A DNA stretch of 63,110 bases, filler included, from Lenisia limosa (GCA_001655205.1; 14 parts of 14 records of this genome joined end to end with filler, not necessarily neighbours in it); one strand, 5' to 3'; shown: positions 11,701-24,380, counted from the whole stretch's first letter. The notes: generated from the letters alone by a model not told the origin. Made by a program: numbers and translations.

Positions 11701-14015
11701 TAAAAACATTGCAAATATACGTTAAAGGCAACCTTTTTTGATACATAAACAAACCAAAAACAATTAAAAGGGACCATACCTTTGGACGAGATGAAGAGTT
11801 TCTTGCTTTTCAATAATTGCAGCCGCCTTCAACCCAGACACTTCGGTCAGTGCCATGTCTCTCTCACGCTCTAGCCTACTCTGTTACAAGCGGGTTTTCG
11901 AAAAATGATCTTTGTTGGGGACCAAAGAGAAGCCTTAATAACACATTATATTTGCATATCATATATATACTATCATACTATATCGATATATGATATATGT
12001 GTGTGTATGATATGATGAAAGGTCTCATATATTTACAACAAGGTTGCCAAGCAAACATTTCTCCTTTATGCTCCGCCTTTTGTCCGAGATACTTCTGAAA
12101 GGAGAGTTTGTTCTCAAGGGTTTTGTCTGGAGTAACGTGAGCACAACAAGAAACTTTTGCATTATGGGTGGGGAGGGGTAGGTAGGTATAGGGCTTCACT
12201 GCTGTTCAAAAAAACCCGGTGAAATGTCGATAATTTTCGGGGATTTATCGATGAATTCAGTCTTTTTTTTCGAACTGAAGCGAAGCCCTAATCGGGTAGG
12301 CTTGTTAGAAATGAATCTGGTCGACATTGCCATGACTGGAAGGGATGCTGGTCGTAATATTTAATGTGTAGTAAAAGAGGAAGTTTTTTTGAACAAGAGA
12401 AATAATATTCAAAAGTAATTTAATATTTGTATTCATGCAATTCCGTGTTGTGTATTTTTACCCCCCCCCCCCAGAAAAAAAAAGAACCAACTTAGATCTT
12501 CAGCAGCTTGGAGTTTCTCGGACAATTCGCCATTTTCAGCTCTGAGAGCCTTCAGATCCGCTTTGAGGCTCGCGTTCTCTTTTGAAATAATGTCGTTCTG
12601 CGTCTACAGCAGTTAGTAGAAGAATCAAAACACACGTGTATGGGCTGTATCGATCACCTAGAATCGTATTACCTATAATCACAAAATGAGTGCCGGAATG
12701 CCCCCTCACCTCGACAGTGTGGATTGAGTCGGGAATCTCTCTGAAAAGCGCCCTATATAGATCCATAACGCTTTGTAATGTTCGCCCTCGTTCGCTGCAC
12801 GTGCTAGTAATCTAAGATCAGCGTGAGGTATGTTAAAAGTTGTAGGTGTGGTTTGTTGTCAATGAGTGTGCGACTACCAATATTGCCCAATGTTGTTCCT
12901 AAAAATAAGAAGAAAAAAAGCATTTATTGAGGATCATCTGCACTCCTTGGCGTCTTTTTTTATCATCGTTATCATAACAGGGACATAATCACCACCTCAG
13001 GCTCTGGAATAATATTAATATAGTATGTCAAAACAGTACACTTCTCAATTACACAACCAATTCTTTTTAGACCGCACTGCTGAACTACCCATTCCAACGC
13101 AGAGATAGATATGATACCTTATATCCATTCGTGTGGTTAGCGTATCAAACCAAAACCGTACCTGTCTGACAAGCTCATTCAAGCCTTGGTCCAACGCAAC
13201 TTGGCCGCGGGCTAGCCTAGTAGGAGGGGTATTAATTTCAATGATGGGCGTGTGAAAACAAAACCATAATCAATTATGTTAGTAACATATTTGAACAAAA
13301 GGTTTGAAACCAATAAAACTTCGCTTCTGCAACACTACTTATTATGAAGTGGGTGGGGGTGGGGGGTCGAAATTAAACTAAGANNNNNNNNNNNNNNNNN
13401 NNNNNNNNNNNNNNNNNNNNNNNNNNNNNNNNNNNNNNNNNNNNNNNNNNNNNNNNNNNNNNNNNNNNNNNATGTGATATGATGATGTATTGATGCACAT
13501 GATATCTTAATAAAAGAAATCCATCTCTACATACAATAATAATAGTCGTGGCTACACAATAACACAATAGATACCATATATAGCTAGATTTGCTTATAGT
13601 GTTACGCGTAGCAGCAGATATTAATCCGGACCCAACATACACCGTGATAGCTCTTCTAGCAGGGTCATGGGGCAGGTCATCAGCTGACGTCGAATGTTCA
13701 AGCATTCTTTTCACAGCTTCTACGGGTAGTGGTTAAGAGATTATTTGGTGAAGACTGTCGGAATGATTTGAAGAAATATCATATTTGTTTCATGAAGTTT
13801 TACCCTACCCTCTCCCCTGACAACTACAGCCTGAATATTACATTGGCATCGCCAGCTGCTTTTACTTAAATCAATATTTAAACTTTAGAACAATATCTCA
13901 ATTAGTCGAACTTTGATCATAGATTGGCCCTAAAAGAGACCCCAACCTTCCAAAAGGCCAGCTTCTGTCCGACTTGAGGGCTTTTTGGATGGGAAAACCA
14001 CACGGTGAAAGTGAC
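8725..14015 (-). CDS. Axonemal dynein light chain (p28/AXDND1-like) domain protein with long coiled coil and low-complexity tail; both ends uncertain
   Basis: Spliced exons give VVFPSKKPSSRTEAGLLE/EAVKRMLE and GLNELVRQ/ITSTCSERGRTLQSV, recalling the ELIRQVTxxCAERG signature. Heptad exons follow (SLKADLKALRAENGELSEKLQ, KNEILELHNQVEALEDQ). Confidence 0.65.
9820..9922. mobile_element. hAT-type MITE, TIR class A (TAGGGCTTCACTTCGGTTCG)
   Basis: Inverted termini; flanks attgcacc / attgcaat (degenerate 8-bp TSD). Confidence 0.85.
10647..10729 (-). repeat. Sense-strand intronic ~150-bp element, internally deleted copy
   Basis: Minus strand reads gatgcggtgctgcagaag joined to gccaacagagttgatttgggc...tttccaattgtactcccccc, inside an intron of the minus-strand gene. 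Confidence 0.85.
10934..11041 (-). repeat. 35-bp tandem repeat containing a 3' splice site and exon start
   Basis: Minus unit tctttcacacacttag|aaatgagattcttgag; two full and two partial copies. Confidence 0.85.
11398..11498. mobile_element. hAT-type MITE, TIR class B (TAGGGCTTCCCTACGG)
   Basis: Degenerate TIRs; flanks aatacaac / aatgcaat. Confidence 0.75.
12189..12290. mobile_element. hAT-type MITE, class A
   Basis: tagggcttcact...gcgaagcccta, with the shared internal gatttatcga core. Confidence 0.85.
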
Positions 14016-14583
14016 CATGTTCTAATTAATAAAAGAGAAAGTGGAATCATCCGTCTTCAATAACACTGCCACCCCCCCCCCCTCACACACACGCGCGAGG
14101 AATTCAAATAGCAAAATAATCACCAGCCAACCNNNNNNNNNNNNNNNNNNNNNNNNNNNNNNNNNNNNNNNNNNNNTTAATTAATTAANNNNNNNNNNNN
14201 NNNNNNNNNNNNNNNNNNNNNNNNNNNNNNNNGTAAAAATATCAGTTGCCTGGTAATAGCTTTTAAAAAGATAAACAACATCATTGGAAAATATCAATAC
14301 AAAACAACATGCAGCCAAGAACAACTAGCACCATTTACAGTAAAAAGTATGTGAAGATGGGAGAAATAACTGGCCCAAGCCGTCCAAACCATCACTCTTA
14401 TAATATTGGAATAGTGTTATAAATTCACCCAATCATAAGCCTAACAAATCTATGCACCGCTTTCTGCGTGCATCATCCTCATACATGATGATCCACTCAT
14501 AATAACCCGTGTAAACACCAGAAATCAATAGCAATACAATTGCCAACCAAGATAACAGGTACAATAGACCCCCAGCAAACTTG

Positions 14584-15210
14584 GGGGGCGGGGTTTCTTC
14601 TCTTGGCGGCGGCGTGGGCATGCGCTCTGGACTCTCCGACCTCAGCCGTGGGAGGTCTTCATATCTGTCGTATCGCTCACGGCCCCAGCTCTCAATGCGA
14701 TCTTCATAGTTTTGGGCACGGTTTTCGTCACGATCACGGTCTGCTCCATCCCTGTCGCGACGAGCCCTATCGCGCCTCTCGCGTCTGTCGTCATCGTTAT
14801 CTGGTCTGCGCCTCCTGTCGTCGTCATCACGTCTGCTCCGTCTTCTTTCGTCACGATCTTCATCACATCCTCTTTCTCTTTCTGTCCTTTCAGGCCGTTC
14901 TAAGCGATCTGTCCTTTCTGACCGTTCACGACGTTCGCTTCTTTCACCACGCTCCTTCTCTGAACCACGGCTTTTCCTCCTCTCACTACGTTCACGGTCT
15001 TCCTTCCCACTGCGCTCAGAACGGCTAGACTTCCGTTCATCTCTAAATAAATGTAAAAAAAGACGAAACGAGGATAAGAAGGCGATGGAAGAGTTAATAG
15101 GGAATTAATGAACTGAGCAAACCTGTCACGATGCCGTCTCTCCCTCTCTAATAAGGTTAATAGAACACAATTAATGAAAATCACTTACCAGGGGATGGTG
15201 AGCGGCCCAT
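14584..15210 (-). CDS. Arg/Asp/Glu/Ser-rich (RS/RD-type) protein, possibly RNA processing; 3' end unresolved
   Basis: MGRSPSP start exon, a micro-exon, then a ~460-nt exon DERKSSRSERS...RDRDGADRDRDE...RSESPERMPTPPP. Confidence 0.7.
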
Positions 15211-15496
15211 TTTGACTAAAAAGATTCAGTGAAACCCTCCTTCTGATTCAACTAAACTGTTACTAAAGAAGCTTGGCAACACTTGGAATATATATGTTGA
15301 GCTTTTTGGTGCTAAGTATTGAAATTTTGACTAGAACCTGGCTTAAATAGTATATAGTCCTCGGGGGTCTATACACAATTTGAAACAATTTTTGTGTGTT
15401 CAAATTTTCAAAACGACTACACGACTGTAACTACTTGACATAGTGAGAACAACGTTGCTTTGACTTTTTGGCGCCGGACTGGGCAACTGCGCCGCA

Positions 15497-16511
15497 ATGC
15501 TCAAATTTACCGTGTTCATCACCCTTCTACTGGCCTGTCTATGCTATACTGGCACTGCAGCGCCCAGTGGTATTCCTATCTGGACAGAACTAATTGAGGA
15601 ATTCAAACAGTCCAATATTAAGGCCTCTTTAATTGACCTGGCCAAGGCTGTTGAACTTATTGAGCAACACCTTGTTCATAGAACACCACCTGCCCCTGGA
15701 GCTCCTGAATACACCGGAATTAAGATTCCTGGAGTCCCATATTCCATCAAAGAAGTTGTTGGATGGGTTTGGAGAACTTACGTGACTAAGGGCCCCTCTA
15801 CTAAGAATAAAGGCATTGTGGATCAGATTGCCCACTCAACAAAGCTTAATGACATTCTGGACGAAGATGTTTGTTTGGAAATTTTTCGGTTCACCTGTTA
15901 CCCCCTTTCTTGCCTTGTATAACCCTTTTAGAAGTTTGAATTGGTCTTCTTTGGAGATTTCATGGATACCCGAAGCCACAGTCTCTCGTAAGCCTCTTGC
16001 CTTCCAACCTTCCGTATGACCCTCCAGCTTCGACAGCTCCATCAAGGACTTTGTTTCCACTGCCGACTGGATGGTTATCAACATGGAGGCGACCGTTACT
16101 GATGATGACAAGTCCTATCTCTTCGCTCAGGTTTGTTGTTCTCATCTTTGGTGATCTGATCACCAGAGGCACACCAAAGCTGACGTATATACCCTGTCGA
16201 CGCTGTTCCCCGCCAACAGGACCCTCATGTCTCTTGCCAATAACCATTCCGGTGACTTCTCCAAGGCTATCTTTGAAGAGGTGCGGGGNNNNNNNNNNNN
16301 NNNNNNNNNNNNNNNNNNNNNNNNNNNNNNNNNNNNNNNNNNNNNNNNNNNNNNNNNNNNNNNNAGAAGCTTGAAGAAAGTTGGTTAATAGGATACTCAA
16401 CAATGTTAGGATTACTTTACTGACTATTTAGTCGAACCAGTTTCTGAAATCTATCGGCTACCATCTTGTTGGAACCGCTGAGGAACCGTTTTCTGACATC
16501 ATCCCAAACAC
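15497..16511 (+). CDS. Secreted CapA/PgsA (PGA_cap) family metallophosphoesterase-fold protein, truncated by contig end
   Basis: Exons 15497-15868, 15932-15987, 16028-16130 and 16167-16280 join in phase. They give a signal peptide, LVFFGDFM, ADWMVINMEATVT and MSLANNHSGDF; a later exon reads FLKSIGYHLVG. Confidence 0.78.
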
Positions 16512-16611
16512 NNNNNNNNNNNNNNNNNNNNNNNNNNNNNNNNNNNNNNNNNNNNTTAATTAATTAANNNNNNNNNNNNNNNNNNNNNNNNNNNNNNNNN
16601 NNNNNNNNNNN

Positions 16612-19600
16612 GAGTCGTTATTGACAATTGCTTTGGCCTCAGCAGACGCCACAGATGCGCGTAGAGCATCATTAGAATCGCGTGCCGCAGTTAAGAGAGT
16701 CTGTCCAGAGTCAGGATCGGTTGGATAATTGTTGGTTTATACATACATGCAAAGTAAGCTTATACGTTTTGTTGATATTTGACAGGCTTTTCCCACCTCT
16801 ATTCTCCACATAGCCCATTTCAACGCAAGATGTGTATTATTGATCCAACATTCNNNNNNNNNNNNNNNNNNNNNNNNNNNNNNNNNNNNNNNNNNNNNNN
16901 NNNNNNNNNNNNNNNNNNNNNNNNNNNNNNNNNNNNNNGCGTAGAGTTTCACAAGTGCCCTTAAAAGGTAAGCGTTGGAAGTATTATAGATCAGAATGAA
17001 TCTCTTGCTTTCTGTTAGCTTGCCATAACAGGATCACTAGAGTACCTCAATTCCCTCTACTAAGTCAATTACAAAACAATCATCCATTACCCCCCACCCT
17101 TAACTGCAAGTTTTCACCCTCGAGCAAGTCGTTCTCCTGGCCCAAAACGCCCGCCTTTGCATCTTCAGCTTTGGCCTTCCAATCCTCCACAGACTGCTCC
17201 AGAATTGCCACGTCATTCAACAGGTTCGTCCGAGCCTTATCAAGGAGATTTTCGTTTTCAACCCGGGAGGCAAGAGAGTTCTCCAATGCCCCGGCCCGGG
17301 CTTCAGCCTCGCCCAAACATCTGGAGAGCGAGTCGGCTCGGTCAACTGCGTCGGCAAAGCTCAGTTCCGATTCTCTGACCAGGTTTTGGACCGCGGACCA
17401 AGCCTGGCTTCCGACAGCCTCGAGATGATCACAGATCTCCGGCTGGAGCGGCCGGCCAACCAAGGTGATCTCTGTGATCTGAAGAACAAGGGCTTCCAAA
17501 GAGAGGAAGGCGGCGCGCGCAGTTCGCGTGGCCGAAGCCACTCCCAATCGATCACGTGACACCTCTCCGTCGGGTGCCTCAGAGGGGTCCTGCAGCTGCG
17601 TCATCGGAATGTCTTGAAGGGCCGAAAATGGTTCCGAGTCCTTCCGATCCGAGAGAATCGGCCCTGTTGGCTGATTATTAGCCGCGTTTTGCCCGGTGAG
17701 AGCAGACAGAATCTGGTCCCGACTGGAGAGCTGGTTTTTAAGGCTTCGTATTTGCTCTGCGAGTACTGCCAGCTGGGCACTGTCCTCGTCGGCACCGGCT
17801 GGATCTACGATGCGGTCAGGTTGGCATGATATTAGGAGTAACTTTTGGTATGAAATATCGGTATTAGATTCGACATTTAGCTAGTGACTGAGAGAATCAC
17901 AAAGTAATACAAGATATTGATAGGAGGAAATAGCAATAAAAATGAATAAGTGAATTAATGGAGGAAATCTTACCAATAGTCTCCTTAGTGATTGAACGTC
18001 GCTTAACTGGCGGCTTCTTCACGCCACGTTTTTGCGCCCGCGTGGCCCTAATAAGGTCCTTTCTGAGCTGTGTCACTTCCTGACCCAGAGTATTGGCCTC
18101 AGCCTTCCAGCGCCGGACTTCAGCATGGTGTTTGGCCTCACCCATACGCGCACCTTCTGCACGCGCACGTCGGATTTCCCCTGGCTGCGACGAGGTAAGA
18201 ATGGAGCATGATAAAGAAATGTTGATTGTGTTGTCCTGTGAGCATACAAAACAATCAACATTGTGGCCCAAAAACTGAAGAATATTGTTAATTAGTTTCC
18301 TTTCTGTTTCCAAAAAACTGAATTCTTTGTATATTCCAGAAAAATCTGGAACCATCATATCTTTTGGAACTGAAAGTGAAGCTCAAATACTGATCAAACA
18401 ATTACTGATAAGCAGGTCTTTTGTTGGTACTATAGGGCCTTTAGAGTAACATATATCATTAGTTATATGTTACTCTGGAAATTTTAAAGAATTAAATTCC
18501 ACATTTCACGTGAATCTTGATGTTTTTAACATTTGCGGTGTTGGATAGTTTTAATCCCCCCCACCTGTTTTTTAACCAAAAGAGCGAGGCGGTCACTTTC
18601 CTGGGAGAGTTCAATCACGTCATCTGCAAGTCGGAGTAGAGACACATCACTGCTTTCGACAGCGTTGCCTTGGTGGTTCTTCGAGTGATTTGACTGCGAA
18701 GAGGGGTCGTTGTCTTGAATAAGAGCCGCATCGGTACTAAGTTCAGTCGAGGCGTTTTCCTTTGTTGGTGACAATGAATCTGTGAGATCGAGCCTCCTGT
18801 GTTTTTGGGGGGTTGATGCCGCGGACGTTGCAGGGGATGCGGGGGGCCTGATACCCTTACTCATAAACGCCTATTGGGTGAGTGATGAGTTGGGGTGTTT
18901 TCTGTACTTATAGTGCTGTTTTTGTATTTGGGAAATATACCTATTATGAAAGGCAGAAAACTAAAAGGCACGTTCAAACAAAGAGTTATTATCTTGCAGG
19001 AGACCTGAAAAAAAAAAGTTCTCTTCTAATACCATCAAACAAATATGAAATTATCAACCGCAACCCCTTCTACCTGGACAAGGTTCTCAACCCTCTTTTC
19101 CAAGGCGGCCACCTCAGCCACGTGTCTCGCCTCTCGTCGAGATGACGAACGTACCTGTTTGGACAGTCGCTCGTTTTCAGACTAAACATGTGAGTAACCG
19201 CCTTTGTCATTGGCTTCAAGAGATCACAGAGGGACAGTCCTCATCTTGACTTGTCACCAGTATTATTACGAATACCATAAGTAAACGTGTCATATATAGC
19301 TATGATATATTTAACTTTGACGGCAACAAATTTAAAGTCAATTATCAAAACAGCCTTATGAAAAGACAATCCCCTACCTCTAGCTCAACAATGGCGGTGG
19401 ATTTCTCTCTAGTCGCCTGTTGTACCTCGAGATTCTCAACAAGGTCCGTGAGAGCCGTGAGGGCGTGGCTTCGCGCTTGGAGCTCCTTCTCCAGCTCAAC
19501 CATCTGGCCAGCCATCTGCGACAACTCCTCACGGGCTAACGCTCGGCTGGCTCTTGTTTCGTCCCTCTCGTTGGCGATTTGTTGTGAGGTGGCTGGGATT

Positions 19601-20805
19601 GGGTGAGACGTTGAGGTGAGAATGGCTGTTTATTGATACTGGATAACAAAACGGGATGTTTACAACACAGTTCATTACAATCATGAATGACGCACCTTTT
19701 TCCTCCTCTAAGGCACGGGCCAAAGCAGCTGCACTCGCCTCGGCCACTTCAATACGTTCCTTGACTGCTTCCATGGTGGAGGCTGCATCCTCCACAACAG
19801 AGATGCTTACTAGGTCCTTCTCGACGTCCGTTTCACCGTCAGACTGGCAAGGTGATATCCATCCCGCTTTGACAGGAGTCTGTGGACAGTTAGAACACGA
19901 AATGGACACTATATTGTTACGTCAAGTCTGCTTATATTTCTTGGCGTTTCAGAATGACTTTATCAATACAAACTGTAAAATGACTTTTAATGATACAGAC
20001 AAAGCACCACAAGATTGTGTTGCCAAAGGCTTCCTCCACTCCATCATTTTCCCAAATAAGACAATAATACTGTGTAGAAAGGAAAGTTATGGAAGAGTTA
20101 TTCAAAAACCTCGTGGACCTGATCAAATTCGAGAAAGACCCTCTGGAATCCAAATAAAAACCTACTATACTACATGTTTTTCGAGTTAAGAAAAAACAGT
20201 ATCGGGGTATGTAACCTACGGATTTTGATGAATTGTCGAAGTTGACATGACGTTTGGAGGAGACAGAGGATTTGAGAGGAGTATCAGAAGACTCCGGAGA
20301 TGAATCTACGGGGGGGAGGGGGTGTGAAGGGTCAGGAATCTGTGAAAAATAATATTCTTTCTCAGAAGTCAGGAATCTGTGAAAAATAATATTCTTTCTC
20401 AGAAGTCAGGGATCTGTGAAAAATAATATTCTTTCTCAGAAGTCAGGAATCTGTGAAAAATAATATTCTTTCTCAGAAGTCAGGAATCTGTGAAAAATAA
20501 TAATATTCTTTCTCAGAAGTCAGGAATCTGTGAAAAATAATATTCTTTCTCAGAAGTCAGGAATCTGTGAAAAATAATACTCTTTCTCAGAAGTCAGGAA
20601 TCTGTGGAAAATAATATTCTTTCTCAGAAGAATAACTGCTGTTTTAAATATTCTGCATTATATTCAACTACACTTCCCACCACTTTCGGGGACAACTTCA
20701 TGGGCCACAGCCTTGGCAATGGACATGAGAAGGCTTGAAAGTGCCTCAGTAGTTTCGGATAAAACGGCTACAACAGGTCCTTCAACTGGAGGCGGTATCT
20801 CGTCC
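16612..20805 (-). CDS. Large multi-exon coiled-coil protein of unknown function, partial
   Basis: Many GT-AG exons, including a ~720-nt exon (~17820-17100), with heptad character (AVLAEQIRSLKNQL, EELSQMAGQMVELEKELQ). Confidence 0.7.
18296..18415. mobile_element. Degenerate hAT-type MITE, class C
   Basis: Right end ttttggaactgaaagtgaagctc matches the 44176 copy; left end eroded. Confidence 0.5.
20331..20629 (-). repeat. 37-bp minisatellite x8 at an intron 3' end, each unit carrying a cryptic acceptor and a CTGAC branch-like motif
   Basis: Unit gtcaggaatctgtgaaaaataatattctttctcagaa; minus strand reads ttatttttcacag/attcctgac. Confidence 0.92.
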
Positions 20806-21545
20806 TAAGAGGTGAAGGTGAAAGGATTATGTAAATCATGTCATACCCACATAGTATTAACTCATAATCAAGAGCTACCTCTGAATCGGATTTCATACTT
20901 AGATATGATATGATATGCTGGATAGTATTGTCAACTTTTAGTCATCATCTACTTATCATCTAACTAACCCCACATCAACCTNNNNNNNNNNNNNNNNNNN
21001 NNNNNNNNNNNNNNNNNNNNNNNNNTTAATTAATTAANNNNNNNNNNNNNNNNNNNNNNNNNNNNNNNNNNNNNNNNNNNNACCCCTGAGAACTCTCCAA
21101 GCAAAGACTGGGCCAAGGATTGGCTCAAGAAGAATGCTGATGGAATATCGTGCGTCTGAGGTGTAAAACAAGGTAACAAAACAGCCGTGTCTTTGCAATA
21201 AACTAACACACCACGTACAATTCCACATTGTTGTTTTTGTGATTACTGTTCTATGATTGTGTTAGGCCTAGATAGAGGGGGGTCCTGGGGGTGCAATTAC
21301 GGCGTTTTTTTGGGNNNNNNNNNNNNNNNNNNNNNNNNNNNNNNNNNNNNNNNNNNNNNNNNNNNNNNNNNNNNNNNNNNNNNNNNNNNNNNNNNNNNNN
21401 NNNNNNNNNNNNNNNNNNNNNNNNNNNNNNNNNNNNNNNNNNNNNNNNNNNNNNNNNNNNNNNNNNNNNNNNNNNNNNNNNNNNNNNNNNNTTTCAACTG
21501 GCGTTTTTTCAGGTGATAGTCTCCTAACATATCCAGCAGTACCCT

Positions 21546-21999
21546 TGGAGGGAGGCAGGCCATTATGAATTTGGTGTATTGCTCAAATACAAGGGTGTCC
21601 TGCTTTAGAATCACCAACCCCCAACAAGTCCTACACTTATATGAGAGGCGTAATTTCCACATCAAGAATCGACTATATTCTTACAAACTCCGCCGGAGCT
21701 TGCTGCCTTATTAACTACGAAATCCCCCCATCCCAATATGTCAGCGACACAGGCCAGTCAATAGCCAGTTCAGGTTAGATCAGCTCTTCCACAAAGTACA
21801 TTCATAGCTAATAAGCTCCCCCCTCCCAAAAAAACGCATCTCCCTCTTATCAACCCTTCCTCTTTGAACGATGAAGACAAGGATTCTTTCAGAAAACTAA
21901 TTTCAACGTCCAAAGCCCCTTGTCAACTCCAAGATGACCTAAATCCTCAAGAAAGGATTGATAACGCGTTAACTGACATGGTTCTTTTTATTCAGCAGT
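21546..21999 (+). pseudogene. Decayed APE-type endonuclease of a non-LTR (LINE) retrotransposon
   Basis: With two 1-nt frameshifts it reads SCFRITNP-NKSYTYMRGVISTSRIDYILTN...YVSD(H)RPV, then INPSSLNDEDKDSFRKLI. Confidence 0.6.
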
Positions 22000-22451
22000 A
22001 ACTAAAAGATGGGACCTTAAAAGGCAATTTTTAAAAGCCTCCACTCTGTACTATCAAAAGAAACGAACCCGACCATATATATGTATGACTTCTTTGCGGA
22101 GACTTGAGTTGAAGGCTGTCATTGATGAGAGTTTGACGTCGCTATTTGATTCGACGTTTGTCAGTTTCCGTATTTGACGGGCCATTCCCCATTCTTTCTC
22201 TTTGGGCCTTAGTTTATCCTGAAGTCTTAGCCTGGCTTGAATGAGTGTTTCCTTATCTTTTTTGAGAGAAATTAAAATGGAGCATGCTCTCTGAAGAAAC
22301 CTAGGACACCATTGCGGAACAAGGTTTCTACGAAGCTTGCTGATAGCAAAAAGGTATTATCTTTCCCTTCTGTGTTCTCTTCTACTTCTTCTTCTTCTTC
22401 TTTTCCTTCTCATTTTTTTTTCTTTGTTTTGTTTAGTCTATCATTTTCAAC

Positions 22452-22580
22452 GAATGACATGAACGCGAACGCTTTTTCATTTTCCGAATCAAACCCGGTT
22501 TTTTCAGTCAAAAGAATTGCAAAATCATAAAATTGGTTAACCAGCAGATCAATATCGTCAGTACACTACATTCCACTGCA
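22452..22580 (-). repeat. Dispersed ~125-bp repeat with a second copy at 53997-54132
   Basis: Reverse complement aligns closely to 53997-54120 (gtaatgtagtg...ccgggtttgattcg...cgcgttcatgt). Confidence 0.8.
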
Positions 22581-22845
22581 AACAACATAAAAATATTTAC
22601 AGAAGATGAAATCTGTTACCTAAAACAAGGTTATTTTCCCAATAAATTGAATAACAAACCGTTATAATTATACTTTTACTTTCCATCTTCGCAGGTGGTA
22701 TACATGGCAATGCTGAATCGTTGGATTACTAAATCGTTGTCCTGGTCTTGAAATTTGGAAAAGGCGGTTTGATTGGGGGGGGGGGGAATGTGAATGTNNN
22801 NNNNNNNNNNNNNNNNNNNNNNNNNNNNNNNNNNNNNNNNNNNNN

Positions 22846-22990
22846 GGGTTGAAAACAACAAAACAAACAAAGCCAGGTCAGTCGCTTCTGCAGCACCGCA
22901 TCCCATCACTCCAGCATGCGTAAAATGGAAATGTTTGATGGGGGGGAGTAAAATTAGAAATTTTATGAAACAAAAAGAGCCCAAATCAAC
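22846..22990 (-). repeat. Intronic ~150-bp element, tail-to-head rearranged copy
   Basis: Minus strand: 3' module with C-run, then ttttacgcatgctggagtgatgggatgcggtgctgcagaagcgac. It lies upstream of a putative minus exon at ~22753-22686 (DQDNDLVIQRFSIAMYTTCEDGK). Confidence 0.8.
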
Positions 22991-24380
22991 GTGTTGTGAA
23001 TGTATGATGGGGGGGGTGAACCCATTGCTCTCCAGACTAATTATGGAATCCTTTCAAACGGATCCAAAAATAAAACAATGAGGTGACATTTTGTTTTTCA
23101 GCAACAGAGCATAAACATCAAATGTAATTCAGTTGAATTAATGTAAAATATTTCAGTGTAATGAATTCGTACTATAGTAATACTCCGCTATGAATACCCT
23201 CAAAACCCTTTGAAAAATGGTCACACCACAATTAGATAATGTGGTCCTGTATACCCTTGTATTTTTGGAGGCTACACCCAATGCACACCCTCAAACAATG
23301 ATTAAAAGCTTCTTGAGACTCGTGGAGAGGAAAAAACGTGACAGTTCGGGTGACAGTTTGGATGATTGTTCCGAGGGTCTTTATTGGGTTTTTTTTTAAA
23401 TCGCATCTAATTGCGGATTTTTGGATGTTTTTAAAAAGAGTTCGCATTCATGTGAGTGTTTGCGTTCATGTATGGTCACCTAATATGAATATTATTGATT
23501 GACTTGCTATGTTTTTTAGTTCAAATACTCATCGAGATCTGTATTTCTCTGATTTAGGCCGGGAATACAGTTACATTCACTCCATCACCGTGATTTGTCA
23601 CTATTTTGCAATTCATCACTTTCACTGGTTTTTGCGATTTGTAGTATCCCTCACAATAAAGGTTTACATGGCCTGCTCCTCCTGGGCAGTCATTGATTTT
23701 CCTCCTGGTGAAATGATGGATCTGGCCTTCCGCCATTTCCATCCCACCAGAGCTGAATACTTGCCGCCCGTGAAACGCAACAGTTCGTCTTCTAATTTGA
23801 AATTGCCGACGGAATCAATGTTAAAATCCGTGTCAATTGTTGTTACTTTCATGTTGGATATGTTGGATTATATAATGATTCAGGCTACCCCAAAAGTCAT
23901 CGAAGACGGTTTCCTCTACTGATCAAGGTGTCGTTAACCCGCGAGAAACAGGTTGATGTTCATATTTTGAGTTTTGAGAAAAAATAGTACGCTGTCAATT
24001 CCTGTATCACAATCACAGCCTAGTGCAATTCGTATTCTCAGATCAGATATTATGCGCTCTGTTTTTCTGTTGGCTTATATGGCTATGTGNNNNNNNNNNG
24101 GATCAGTGACATGACCCCCCCCCTTTTTTTTCTCTTTTCTCTCCCATATCCTCTCACGATCTAGGGCGGAGTCTCACACGCTTTTGTGGCTCGGGTGGTG
24201 GATGGAGTAATCTGCCAGAGCCGGGTGCACATCGGGGTTGTTGTATATTGAAGCTATAATTCGTTTTTTATTGCTTCGGGGGCGTAATATTCTATTGTCT
24301 TCCGACCTCAGATTTCCTTATTATATCCCTATTTGGTGACAAATAATTTCAGCCTGATAATGAAGAGCAAGGGGGTTGTA

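Noticed and set aside
14540-15028. 162-aa plus-strand ORF
   Set aside because: Antisense shadow of the minus-strand Arg/Asp-rich exon
19656-20189. 177-aa plus-strand ORF
   Set aside because: Overlaps minus-strand coiled-coil exons and AT-rich intron; no splice or motif support
20331-20629. 37-bp and 38-bp (60079-60341) arrays as CRISPR
   Set aside because: Units are contiguous with no unique spacers, there are no cas genes, and the context is eukaryotic introns
23554-23922. Overlapping short ORFs on both strands
   Set aside because: Could be minus-strand exons, but I could not build a phase-consistent model or recognise a family
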